Assembly: GCA_035702815.1 (NCBI GenBank)
Contig: DASSZO010000092.1
Span: forward strand, 7,004-71,003
Reading direction: 5' to 3'
Origin: Candidatus Aquilonibacter sp.
Lineage (GTDB): Bacteria; Vulcanimicrobiota; Vulcanimicrobiia; Vulcanimicrobiales; Vulcanimicrobiaceae
DNA length: 64,000 bases
Shown here: positions 49,737 through 58,420 of the stretch, in pieces
Numbering within the stretch: the stretch's first letter is position 1
Layout: every line of letters starts with the position of its first letter
Notes under the pieces: generated by a model
Database searches by the model: none
Told to the model about the DNA's origin: nothing
What the model saw: the letters and a program-made list of their open reading frames with translations, nothing else
Made by a program: the position numbers and the translations under genes

Positions 49737-51002
49737 TTAGCGCACCTTGACGTACGTCTCGACGCTCATGCCGGGACGTAAGGGCATAGTGGGGCTCATG
49801 TCGTCGACGGAGATGCGAACCGGAATACGCTGCGTCACCTTCACGAAGTTTCCGGTCGCGTTCTGCGCCGGGACGAGCGCGTAGGTGTTTTGCGACGCCG
49901 GGTTGATCGAAACGACCTTGCCGTGCAGCGTCTGATTGTACGCATCGACGTGGATGTCGACCGGCTGACCGATTCGCATGTCGCGCAACTGCGTCTCTTT
50001 ATAGTTCGCGGTGATGAAAATCTGGCCCGGGCCTTCCGGAACCAGCGTCAGCAGCGTCATGCCGGCCTGCACGGTTTGACCGACTTCCGCGCTCTTCTGT
50101 CCCACCGATCCGTTGATCGGCGACGTGATCCGTGTGTAGCCGAGATTTTGCTTGGCGATCGCCAGTTGCGCTTTGGCCGCTTCGACTTGGCTCGGGTCGG
50201 AGGCTTGCGCGAGTTTGCCTTGAGCCGTCGTCACGCCGCCTTGCGCTGCGCCGACGGCCGCCTGGGCAGCCCCGACCTTACTTTGTGCCGCGGCGACGGT
50301 CGACTGCGCGCTGTTGACTTGATCTTGAGCGGACTTGAGTTGCGCGGCCGCGTTTGCGAGATTTGCGCGAGCGGCGTCGAGTTGAGAGCGCGCGACGTCG
50401 CCGCTGGAAACGAGCGAGGCCGTGCGGTTGTAATCGGCGAGGGCGCGATCGTACGCCGCTTGCGCGGAGGGAACTTGCGCTTGCGCGACCCGAAGCGACG
50501 ACTCCGCCTGCGCGACGCCGGCCTGCGCCACGGGAACTTGAGCCGCGGCGTTGGTGACATCGGACTGCGCTTGCGTGACGCCGCCCTGACCTTGAACGGA
50601 CTGCGTGCGTTGGTTGGCAAGCGCGAGGTCGTACTGCGCCTGCGCGGTACGTACCTGATCGCGCTCAACGGCATTGTCGAGCACGACGAGGAGCTGACCT
50701 TTGGTGACGCGTTGATTCGTATCGACGAGGATCTGATCGATACGCTCGTTGATCTTACTCGTCACGGCAACGACGTCGGCATCGACCCGCGCGTCGTCGG
50801 TGCCTTCATGCACGCGCGCATACGCATACCACTTGACGCCCCAGATGATCAGAAAGATAGCGACGATCGCGCCGATGATGCCGAAGATCACGCGCTTGCG
50901 CGGACCGTTACGTTCTTCCACCTCATCGGCGGCCGGTTCGTTGGCGCGGCCGTTGGGCTGCGCGGTTGCCGTCGCCGGCTTCTCTGCCTCGCGGGTATCC
51001 AT
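49737..51002 (-). CDS. HlyD-family membrane fusion protein (EmrA-like)
   Basis: One N-terminal TM, a long Ala/Gln coiled coil, and the barrel motifs ITSPINGSV and VKVTQRIPVRI. Confidence 0.85.
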   Translation of the reverse strand: MDTREAEKPATATAQPNGRANEPAADEVEERNGPRKRVIFGIIGAIVAIFLIIWGVKWYAYARVHEGTDDARVDADVVAVTSKINERIDQILVDTNQRVTKGQLLVVLDNAVERDQVRTAQAQYDLALANQRTQSVQGQGGVTQAQSDVTNAAAQVPVAQAGVAQAESSLRVAQAQVPSAQAAYDRALADYNRTASLVSSGDVARSQLDAARANLANAAAQLKSAQDQVNSAQSTVAAAQSKVGAAQAAVGAAQGGVTTAQGKLAQASDPSQVEAAKAQLAIAKQNLGYTRITSPINGSVGQKSAEVGQTVQAGMTLLTLVPEGPGQIFITANYKETQLRDMRIGQPVDIHVDAYNQTLHGKVVSINPASQNTYALVPAQNATGNFVKVTQRIPVRISVDDMSPTMPLRPGMSVETYVKVR

Positions 51003-51619
51003 TATTTGCTCCTTACACCGTTCAGAAAGACGTTGACGAAAAGACGGGTTGCATATTCCGGATCGACCGAGAGGGTGGTTCCGGGAAACTTATCGCGGGC
51101 GATGATCCGTGCAAAGATCGTGCCCATGAAGATCGTCGCAAGCTCGCTCGGATCGCCCGAGATCGTACCGGCGTCGACGCACGACTGAAGATACTCGATG
51201 ACGATCTGCCGCACGGCCGTTTGCGGACGCCACGCCTCTTTGGAAAAGATCGCTTCCTCGTAGTCGCTCTCGACCAGCGACCATTTAATCATGTCGATCA
51301 TCGACTCGAGCTGCTTGTTCAGGAACAGACCGATTTGGAGTAGATCTTCTTCGATCGGCCCGCGGAGATCGACCATGACCTCGCGCAACCGCGCGTCCGG
51401 ACATGACGCCTTGGCGACCGCGACGATGAGCGATTCCTTGTTTCCAAAATGCCGGAAGAGCGTCGCTTCGTTGACGCCCGCGACGTCGGCGATCTCGCGC
51501 GTGGTCGAACCGCGCTTGCCTTTACGTCCGATCACCTCGCGCGCCGCGGCGATGATGCGGTCGCGCGTTTGATCGGCCTGCGACTTTACGGCGTTCTCGG
51601 ACGCGTGTTGTTCGATCAT
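51002..51619 (-). CDS. TetR/AcrR family transcriptional regulator
   Basis: The HTH region TTREIADVAGVNEATLFRHFGNKE is the TetR signature. Confidence 0.85.
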   Translation of the reverse strand: MIEQHASENAVKSQADQTRDRIIAAAREVIGRKGKRGSTTREIADVAGVNEATLFRHFGNKESLIVAVAKASCPDARLREVMVDLRGPIEEDLLQIGLFLNKQLESMIDMIKWSLVESDYEEAIFSKEAWRPQTAVRQIVIEYLQSCVDAGTISGDPSELATIFMGTIFARIIARDKFPGTTLSVDPEYATRLFVNVFLNGVRSK

Positions 51620-52296
51620 TTCTTGAACACCGAGTCGTCGACGGCAACGTTCGTCTGATAGGTCGCGTACACCGCATCGCCGACGGCATGAACGTGCGGA
51701 ATCGAGATGTCGACGTGCTGCTGCGAAACCAAACTATAGCCGCCTTGGTCGCGATACCACTGACGCATGACGATCTTGCCGCCGTTGCGATAATTCCAGG
51801 CCATCTCGAGCAATTCGTAGTTGTTCGGGTCGACGTAAGCGACGGTGTCGGCAATTTGATCGCTGTAAATCTTCTTGGTCATCACCAACGTGAGCAGCGG
51901 CACCGGGTATCCGTCGAGTTTCGTCAGCCCTTTGTAGGTCACGTTCGAGTCGGACTGCCACGCGAGCGGGTCGGCGATGTCGTTGAAGAGCTTCTCGAAA
52001 CCCTTGGCGTACGCGGGCACGCGGTCGAACACGACCTCGTTATGATCGGGACGCTTGTAGTACGACGTGCCGTCGAGTTTGGGCGCGAGAAACGGGAAGT
52101 TGAGCATGCGCAGATCGACGTGCACGCGTGCCTGATATGACGCGAGCGCGGGATTGCGTTCGACCATCTTCTGCATGATCGCGCGGGCATTCAACGACGC
52201 GGGATTGACAGGGTGAGCCGGAGCTTGCGCCGCGGCGGGCGCCCCGCCATAGGTGAAAAGCGCGAGCAAGGCGGAGGCGAGCAGACGTTTGATCAT
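51616..52296 (-). CDS. Secreted LolA-like / outer-membrane lipoprotein-sorting-like protein
   Basis: Signal peptide MIKRLLASALLALFTYGGAPAAAQA. Beta-rich, with a LolA-like N-terminal helix (ARAIMQKMVERN). ATGA overlaps on both sides. Confidence 0.6.
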   Translation of the reverse strand: MIKRLLASALLALFTYGGAPAAAQAPAHPVNPASLNARAIMQKMVERNPALASYQARVHVDLRMLNFPFLAPKLDGTSYYKRPDHNEVVFDRVPAYAKGFEKLFNDIADPLAWQSDSNVTYKGLTKLDGYPVPLLTLVMTKKIYSDQIADTVAYVDPNNYELLEMAWNYRNGGKIVMRQWYRDQGGYSLVSQQHVDISIPHVHAVGDAVYATYQTNVAVDDSVFKK

Positions 52297-52583
52297 GCCG
52301 CGCTCACCATCGGAAAGAGGCGATCGAGCGCGAGGGTGTTGAGCGTGCGCAGGACCTCGGGCCGAGTAGCACGCAGCGCCACCTCGCCGCCCACTTCACG
52401 CGACCGGCGAAGCAAGGTGATCAAGCCTCGGACACCGTCGGTGTCCAAGCGCGGAAGCTCGTCCAGGTCGAGGACCACTCGTTCGGCCCCGGTCTCGAAC
52501 GCGGTCAGCATGGCTGCCTGCAAGGCCTCAAAAGCCGCCGGGCGGTACTCAAAAACGATCGATTGCGTCATCCAGTTCATCAT
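52293..52583 (-). CDS. STAS-domain protein (anti-sigma antagonist / MlaB-like), ~97 aa
   Basis: VVLDLDELPRLDTDGVRGLITLLRRS...VALRATRPEVLRTL fits the STAS pattern. Start trimmed to ATG 52583; the ORF upstream of that runs through the operator repeat. Confidence 0.7.
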   Translation of the reverse strand: MMNWMTQSIVFEYRPAAFEALQAAMLTAFETGAERVVLDLDELPRLDTDGVRGLITLLRRSREVGGEVALRATRPEVLRTLNTLALDRLFPMVSAA

Positions 52584-52591
52584 TTCAGTGC

Positions 52592-52654
52592 GCAAGTGGG
52601 TACTTGCACGCACAGAATAGCACACCCATTTCGCGCGTGCAAGTACCCACTTGC
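52592..52654. promoter_or_regulatory. Perfect 20-bp inverted repeat with a 23-bp spacer; operator candidate in a divergent promoter region
   Basis: GCAAGTGGGTACTTGCACGC (52592-52611) is the exact reverse complement of GCGTGCAAGTACCCACTTGC (52635-52654). Each arm contains its own palindromic box, GCAAGT-N4-ACTTGC. Confidence 0.6.
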
Positions 52655-53482
52655 AGCGCGCGCATCGACCATAACGCGAGGAGTTGGGCCTTGGATGCAC
52701 CCCTGGACGAGCGGCGGCTAGGCGAGCTGCTTCACTATCATGGCCTCGAGCCGGCAAGTGCCGTGCTCCACGCGCTCGAGCCGGGCTGGCAGGTCGCCCT
52801 GGACCCGCAACGCCCCCTCTACCCGGCGAGCATGATCAAGACGCCGCTGGCGGCGGCCGCACTGGGCATTGCGGACGAGCGCGGCGCCGGCCGCCCGGAA
52901 CGCCTGGCGGTGACGCAGGCGAACATGACGTACAACGATGCGCCGTCGCCGCTCGTCCCCGGGTATAGCGCGACCGTCACGGAAGTCTGCGAGCTTGCGA
53001 TTTCCCGGTCCGACAACGTCGCGACCAACATGCTCTTCGACGCTGCCGACCGCGACCGCGCGACGCGCTACGCGCAGGAGCGGCTGGGACTGCGCAACAC
53101 CGCCTTCTACCGCAAACTCTCGGGGAGCGATCCGCTCATAAACGATCCGGGCTGGGACGGCGTTCATCACAACAGCCATCCCGCCGGTGATGCGGCGCGC
53201 ATGTTCGAGCTCATCGCGCTCGATCGCGTCGCGCACAGCGACCTGCTGCGCGGCGCGCTCGCGCATCAATACTGGAACGACAAGCTCTCGAAGGGATTGC
53301 GCGAAGGCGATACATTCGCGCACAAGACGGGCGACACGAGCGATGTGACGCACGACGGCGGAATTCTCACGACCAACGAGGGCCGCACGTACGTCATCGT
53401 CGTGTACACCGGCCTCGGCGCGACGGAAGCGAACAACGCGCGCTTCGGCCCTTTCATGCGCGATCTGCGCGTTTTTTTGTAA
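52604..53482 (+). CDS. Class A beta-lactamase-related serine hydrolase, no obvious signal peptide
   Basis: ASMIK (SxxK), SRSDN (SDN) and HKTGDT (KTG), in the canonical order and spacing. There is no in-frame ATG before SxxK. Candidate starts are TTG 52604, GTG 52637 and TTG 52691. Confidence 0.75.
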   Translation: MHAQNSTPISRVQVPTCSARIDHNARSWALDAPLDERRLGELLHYHGLEPASAVLHALEPGWQVALDPQRPLYPASMIKTPLAAAALGIADERGAGRPERLAVTQANMTYNDAPSPLVPGYSATVTEVCELAISRSDNVATNMLFDAADRDRATRYAQERLGLRNTAFYRKLSGSDPLINDPGWDGVHHNSHPAGDAARMFELIALDRVAHSDLLRGALAHQYWNDKLSKGLREGDTFAHKTGDTSDVTHDGGILTTNEGRTYVIVVYTGLGATEANNARFGPFMRDLRVFL

Positions 53483-53525
53483 CGAGCCCACCCGCTGGGA
53501 GCAGGCTCGTTAGCGGTTCCTCAGA

Positions 53526-53927
53526 TCAATGACGGGATGCGTGCGTGCCGGCCTTGTGATAGCCTTCCTTGACGGCCTGGCTCGGGCACATGTATTTGCC
53601 GTGCTTCGTGCGACCGTAATAGGGATCGTTCGGCTCGTGGTAGACGTGCGTCTTGGTGTTGACCCACACCGCTTGCACGGCACCGCACTGCATGTTCGGC
53701 GGCTGCGTCGCAAGCGTTCCCGGCGCCATCGGTTCTCCCGACGCGTCGATTCCCCCCATGGGAGCGTTGGCCGCGGTACTCGGCGACGGATTGGCGCTCT
53801 GGTCCGTCATGACGCCGGCGCTTTGCGCGGCTTGCGTCTGCGTTTTCGTCGTCGAACTCGAATGATGACCGCCACACGCGCAAAGCGCGCTCATGACGGC
53901 GAGGGCAAACAGGTTACGGAATGACAC
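53526..53927 (-). CDS. Small lipoprotein with a low-complexity linker and a ~45-aa C-terminal His/Cys/Tyr-rich domain
   Basis: MSFRNLFALAVMSALCACGG is a lipobox-like signal. A Ser/Thr/Gln/Ala/Pro linker follows, then a C-terminal CGAVQAVWVNTKTHVYHEPNDPYYGRTKHGKYMCPSQAVKEGYHKAG. The GTG start overlaps the upstream stop by 14 nt. Confidence 0.6.
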   Translation of the reverse strand: MSFRNLFALAVMSALCACGGHHSSSTTKTQTQAAQSAGVMTDQSANPSPSTAANAPMGGIDASGEPMAPGTLATQPPNMQCGAVQAVWVNTKTHVYHEPNDPYYGRTKHGKYMCPSQAVKEGYHKAGTHASRH

Positions 53928-55212
53928 GTTCGGTTATCTCCTTTACCTTCTGCTGTGCTAAGCGGGCGAGTGGTGAGCGTTCTCCCATATACACGCGGCT
54001 GCCGCCGACGAATGCTGCCTGTACCCAGCTATCTTGCCCACGATAGACCACACCGTTGACTTCGGGCGTCCAGGCGTCGATCGCCGACGCATCGAGCACG
54101 AGGAAGTCGGCCGCATTGCCCGCAGTCAGGTCGCCCGCATCGATAGCAAGCGCGCGCGCGCCTTGTGCGGTGCCAAGATCGAACGCGACGGACGCGCCCA
54201 ATGCGCTGCCGTCCGTGCGCGCGATTTTCTGTAGCAACGTCGCTGCGCGCATCTCGTCGATCAAAGACGGCTTGACGTCGGCATCGGTTCCCAGGCCCAT
54301 GATCACCCCCAGGGCCTGCAACTGCGTCACGTCGCAAATGCCGTCGCCGAGGTACTGATTGGTCATCGGATTGTGGATCACGCGCGCGCCGCGTTCGGCG
54401 AGCAATCGTTTCTCTTCTTCGGTAATGTAGATCGCGTGGATCGCCACCGTCCGCTCGTTGAGCGCATCGAGCCGTTCCAACAGCACGATCGGAGTCGCGC
54501 CGTGAGCTTGGAGCGTCGCTTCACCTTCGTACGACGCTTCCGCGGCATGGACGTGCATCATGCAATCGTAGGTGCGCGCAAAATCCGAGGCCGCGCGAAT
54601 CATCGCGTGCGAAGCCGCGTGTAACGAGTGCGGCGCGACGCAGACATTTGCCCACGGATAGGCGTTCATCAATTCGAGCGTTCGGCTTTGCGCTTCGTCG
54701 ATCGATTCACGAAACGCGGGCGGCGCGTACTCGGCATCCATCCACGTCCGCGCGAACACGAGCCGAATTCCCGTCTCGCGCGCGGCTCGAATCGCGGCCT
54801 CGGCGTGCGCGTTCCCGCGACCATTGAGATAGAAGAATTCGGCGACCGTCGTAATGCCCGCGGCGAGCATCTCGCTGAACGCGGCAACGAAGGTCCAGTA
54901 CACGTCATCCGGTGTCAGCTCCGGAACGACTTTATAGAGTGCGTCGCTCCTCCATTTTGCAAACGTCCAATCGTCGGCCCATCCGCGAAGCAGAATCTGG
55001 TACGCGTGACTGTGCCCGTTGATAAAGCCGGGGACGATGAGCCGGTCTTCGGGAAAGGAGCGGCTCGACGGCGCGGAACTGCGCGCGGCGACCACGGCGA
55101 AATCGCCGGCGTCTTCGATCCGTCCATCGCGCACGACGAACGCATAATCCCGCCGCGTCCGGCCGCCCGCGATTGCGCGCGCGCAGCGAACGAGCTCATG
55201 CGACGACGTCAT
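53914..55212 (-). CDS. Amidohydrolase-superfamily deiminase (formimidoylglutamate deiminase HutF-like)
   Basis: PGFINGHSHAYQILLRGWADD..WR is an HxH metal motif in a HutF-like context. Also HVHAAE and GLGTDA. ATGA overlap with hutI. Start trimmed to ATG 55212. Confidence 0.7.
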   Translation of the reverse strand: MTSSHELVRCARAIAGGRTRRDYAFVVRDGRIEDAGDFAVVAARSSAPSSRSFPEDRLIVPGFINGHSHAYQILLRGWADDWTFAKWRSDALYKVVPELTPDDVYWTFVAAFSEMLAAGITTVAEFFYLNGRGNAHAEAAIRAARETGIRLVFARTWMDAEYAPPAFRESIDEAQSRTLELMNAYPWANVCVAPHSLHAASHAMIRAASDFARTYDCMMHVHAAEASYEGEATLQAHGATPIVLLERLDALNERTVAIHAIYITEEEKRLLAERGARVIHNPMTNQYLGDGICDVTQLQALGVIMGLGTDADVKPSLIDEMRAATLLQKIARTDGSALGASVAFDLGTAQGARALAIDAGDLTAGNAADFLVLDASAIDAWTPEVNGVVYRGQDSWVQAAFVGGSRVYMGERSPLARLAQQKVKEITERVIP

Positions 55213-56438
55213 ATGAGCACCCCGCGATGAACGACGGCCGATGCAAGATTGCCGCCATGCTGCCAACCGAACTCGTCGGGCGAGCTGATGTCGAGTGCAA
55301 CGAAATCCGCAACGCCGCCGGGCTCCAAAACGCCCGCATCGCTGCGCAACGATTTCGCTGCCGCGACGGTAACGCCGAAGAGCGCCTCCGCGGCGGTCAT
55401 ACCGAAGAGTTTGCGCCCGAAGTACGCAACCGTCTGCAGGTTGAAACACGGCGACGTTCCGGGGTTGTAGTCGCTCGCGAGCGCAACGGCGCCGCCGCGT
55501 TCGAGCAATTGGCGTACGGGCGCCTTTTGCGGCAGATCCAGATATGCGATCGTTGCGGGACAGGCGACGGTAACGGTGCCGCTCTGCGCGATCGCGCGAA
55601 CATCGTCATCCCGAATGCAATTGCAGTGATCGACGGCATCGACGCCCAGGTCGACGGCCATCTCGGCCGCGTGCCCAAACTGCATCTCGTCGCAATGCAC
55701 GCGCAGACGCATGCCCGCGTCGCGGCACGCCTGCAGGTAGCGGCGTGTTTGTTCAGGCGTGAAAAAACCCGGTTCGCAGAATGCGTCGGCGTACACCGCC
55801 CCGTGCGCGTGCGCGAACGGGACGACCTGATCGATCAAATAGTCGACGTAAGCATCTTCGCGTGAGAATTCCGGCGGAAGCGCGTGCGCGCCAAGAAACG
55901 TTGCGATCATCGTCGGAACGTCTTCGTCTTCTCGATGTGCCGCGATGAGGTCGAGCAGTTCGGTTTCACCCGGTTTGTGCAGCGCGTATCCGGTCTTGGT
56001 CTCGAGCGTCGTGGTTCCGTGCTCGAGGAGCGTGCGGAGGCGGCGATGGATCGTATGAGCGTAGAAGTGCTCGGGCTCGAGCAACGCGGTGCGCGTCTGC
56101 TCCACCGTATAGAGCATGCCGAGCGCCGGTTTTTCGCCGCGCTGCCGCGACGCAAAATCCGGTTCGCGATCGCCGGCGAAGAGCGGATGCGCGTGCGCGT
56201 CGACAAAGCCGGGAACGACGACGGCGTCGCGCAGATCGAGCTCGCGCAGGGTGCGGCCCGTAAGCGAAGGCTCGATCTCCGCCCATCGGCCGAGCGCGGC
56301 GATGCGACCGCCTTCGACGATCATCGCCGCGTCGTCGATCCGCCCGAGATCGTCGAACGTGACGCCGTGTTGAGCGGCGTCACGAGCGCACGGGATGATG
56401 GTTTTGGCGCGGACGAGGATCGGAACTACAGGCGCCAA
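55209..56438 (-). CDS. hutI: Imidazolonepropionase
   Basis: [29 protein letters not shown] and [14 protein letters not shown] start overlaps the hutU stop by 13 nt. Confidence 0.9.
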   Translation of the reverse strand: MAPVVPILVRAKTIIPCARDAAQHGVTFDDLGRIDDAAMIVEGGRIAALGRWAEIEPSLTGRTLRELDLRDAVVVPGFVDAHAHPLFAGDREPDFASRQRGEKPALGMLYTVEQTRTALLEPEHFYAHTIHRRLRTLLEHGTTTLETKTGYALHKPGETELLDLIAAHREDEDVPTMIATFLGAHALPPEFSREDAYVDYLIDQVVPFAHAHGAVYADAFCEPGFFTPEQTRRYLQACRDAGMRLRVHCDEMQFGHAAEMAVDLGVDAVDHCNCIRDDDVRAIAQSGTVTVACPATIAYLDLPQKAPVRQLLERGGAVALASDYNPGTSPCFNLQTVAYFGRKLFGMTAAEALFGVTVAAAKSLRSDAGVLEPGGVADFVALDISSPDEFGWQHGGNLASAVVHRGVLI

Positions 56439-58087
56439 TCGATGCCCTTTGCATCGGCGGTTTCAACGGCGATCTCGTATCCGGCATCCGCGTGGCGAAC
56501 GACGCCCATGCCGCAGTCCGTTGCAAGCACCGCGGCAAGACGCTCGTGGGCATCCTGCGAACCATCGGCGACGACCACCATACCGGCGTGCAGACTGTAT
56601 CCGATGCCGACGCCGCCGCCATGGTGAAAACTCACCCAGTGCGCGCCCGCCGCCGTATTGAGCAGCGCGTTGAGGATCGGCCAATCGGCGATCGCGTCGG
56701 ATCCGTCCTTCATCGATTCCGTCTCGCGGTACGGCGACGCGACGCTTCCCGTATCCAAGTGATCGCGCCCGATGACGATCGGCGCCGACACTTCGCCGCT
56801 CTTGACCAGTTCGTTGAAGCGCAATCCCGCCTTCGCGCGATCGCCGTAGCCAAGCCAACAGATGCGCGCCGGAAGTCCCTGGAACGAGACGCGCTCTTGC
56901 GCGAGTTTGATCCATCGCTGCAGCCCCGCATCGTCGGGGAACAGGGCGAGCAATTCTTGATCGAGCCGATGGATGTCTTTGGGATCGCCCGAGAGTGCGG
57001 CGAAGCGGAATGGCCCCGAACCCTTGCAGAACAGCGGGCGCACGAACGCCGGCACAAAGCCCGGGAACGCAAATGCGCGACCGAATCCCGCACGCTGCGC
57101 TTGCGCGCGAATATTATTGCCGTAGTCGAACACGATCGCTCCGGCGTCCAAGAATTTGACCATCGCTTCGACGTGCTTGCCGCAGCTTTCGAGCGCGCGC
57201 CGTTCGTACTCTTCGGGAGAACGCGCACGTAACGCCGCCGCTTCGTCGAGCGTAACGCCTTCGGGAACGTAGCCGTTGATCAGATCGTGCGCGGACGTTT
57301 GATCGGTGACGGCGTCGGGACGAAATCCCAGATCGTACAGCTCCCAGAACTCGGTTGCCGCATTGCCTTCGTATCCGATCGAGATCGCGGTGCCGGCCTT
57401 GCGCGCGCGCTCGACTTCACGCAGCGCCTCGTCGCGCGAATCGACGACCACGTCCAGATAGCGCAGGTCGCGACGGCGATCCAAGCGCGAGCGGTCGACG
57501 TCGACGACGAGCGCGATGCCTTCGTTCATCGTGATCGCAAGCGGCTGGGCGCCACCCATGCCGCCGATACCCGCCGTCAAACAGACGCGGCCCTTGAGCG
57601 AGCCGCCGAAATGTTGGCGCGCAAGCTCCGCAAACGTCTCGTACGTTCCTTGAACGATGCCTTGCGTGCCGATGTAGATCCACGACCCCGCCGTCATCTG
57701 GCCGTACATCGTCAAGCCTTGCGCCTCGAGCTCGCGGAAGACTTTCCAATCCGCCCACTTCGGCACGAGATTCGAGTTGGCAATGAGCACGCGCGGCGCA
57801 CGTTCGTGCGTCTTCCAGACCGCCACCGGCTTGCCGCTCTGCACGATCATCGTCTCGTCGTTCTTGAGCCGCCGCAGGGTGCGCACGAGCGCATCGAACG
57901 CCTCCCATGAACGCGCGGCACGCCCGTTTCCGCCGTACACGACCAAATCGTCCGGCCGTTCGGCAACCTCGGGATCGAGATTGTTCATCAACATGCGAAG
58001 GGCGGCTTCTTGCGCCCACCCTTGACACGATAGCTCGGTACCGCGGGCGGCGCGAACCGTGCGCGCGCCTGAAACTGTGCTCGTCAT
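56426..58087 (-). CDS. hutU: Urocanate hydratase
   Basis: [47 protein letters not shown] and [12 protein letters not shown]. Start trimmed to ATG 58087 (553 aa). Confidence 0.95.
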   Translation of the reverse strand: MTSTVSGARTVRAARGTELSCQGWAQEAALRMLMNNLDPEVAERPDDLVVYGGNGRAARSWEAFDALVRTLRRLKNDETMIVQSGKPVAVWKTHERAPRVLIANSNLVPKWADWKVFRELEAQGLTMYGQMTAGSWIYIGTQGIVQGTYETFAELARQHFGGSLKGRVCLTAGIGGMGGAQPLAITMNEGIALVVDVDRSRLDRRRDLRYLDVVVDSRDEALREVERARKAGTAISIGYEGNAATEFWELYDLGFRPDAVTDQTSAHDLINGYVPEGVTLDEAAALRARSPEEYERRALESCGKHVEAMVKFLDAGAIVFDYGNNIRAQAQRAGFGRAFAFPGFVPAFVRPLFCKGSGPFRFAALSGDPKDIHRLDQELLALFPDDAGLQRWIKLAQERVSFQGLPARICWLGYGDRAKAGLRFNELVKSGEVSAPIVIGRDHLDTGSVASPYRETESMKDGSDAIADWPILNALLNTAAGAHWVSFHHGGGVGIGYSLHAGMVVVADGSQDAHERLAAVLATDCGMGVVRHADAGYEIAVETADAKGIDWRL

Positions 58088-58136
58088 AGTGCTCGGACAC
58101 TTACGGCCAACGCTAACGGGCGCCTCTCGAACGGTC

Positions 58137-58165
58137 TTGACATGTTTCGATATATCGAATAGTGT
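58137..58165 (+). promoter_or_regulatory. Candidate promoter with an embedded 14-bp perfect palindrome (operator candidate) between hutU and the wHTH/PadR genes
   Basis: TTGACA (58137-58142), a 17-nt spacer, then TAGTGT (58160-65). The spacer contains the perfect palindrome TTCGATATATCGAA (58146-58159). The ATG of the 82-aa ORF is only 7 nt after the -10 box, implying a leaderless or near-leaderless mRNA. Confidence 0.45.
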
Positions 58166-58171
58166 CGAGCC

Positions 58172-58420
58172 ATGACGTATGACGTACTCGCTGTCCTCTG
58201 GGCGGGACCCGGGACGGAGATCGAGGTGGTACGTGCCGTGGGCGAGCGTCTCGGTACGCCGATAAGCCGCAACGCCGTCGACGCGCACCTGCGCCTGCTT
58301 CGGACGACCGGACACGTGCGCACGCTCAACCTCGCCGGCACCACCGCCTACGCGTTAACGGAGAGCGGTTCGGAGCTTCTCTCGACCCTCGCGGAGAACG
58401 AATTACATGTTTGCCTTTAA
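58172..58420 (+). CDS. Small winged-helix-like protein, 82 aa
   Basis: The pattern VLAVLWAG...EIEVVRAV...[22 protein letters not shown]...AYALTESG resembles a wHTH recognition helix plus wing. Overlaps the PadR start by 14 nt. Confidence 0.5.
   Translation: MTYDVLAVLWAGPGTEIEVVRAVGERLGTPISRNAVDAHLRLLRTTGHVRTLNLAGTTAYALTESGSELLSTLAENELHVCL

Noticed and set aside
50130-50600. Repetitive-looking DNA rich in GCx/CAx codons
   Set aside because: It encodes the Ala/Gln heptad coiled-coil hairpin of the HlyD-family protein. This is a protein-level periodicity, not a DNA repeat element.
53482-53510. Hairpin ACGAGCC...GGCTCGT between the convergent beta-lactamase-like and lipoprotein genes, considered as a terminator
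   Set aside because: The stem is only 7 bp with a 15-nt loop, and no U-tract follows it on either strand. The T-run precedes it on the plus strand. That is too weak to call.
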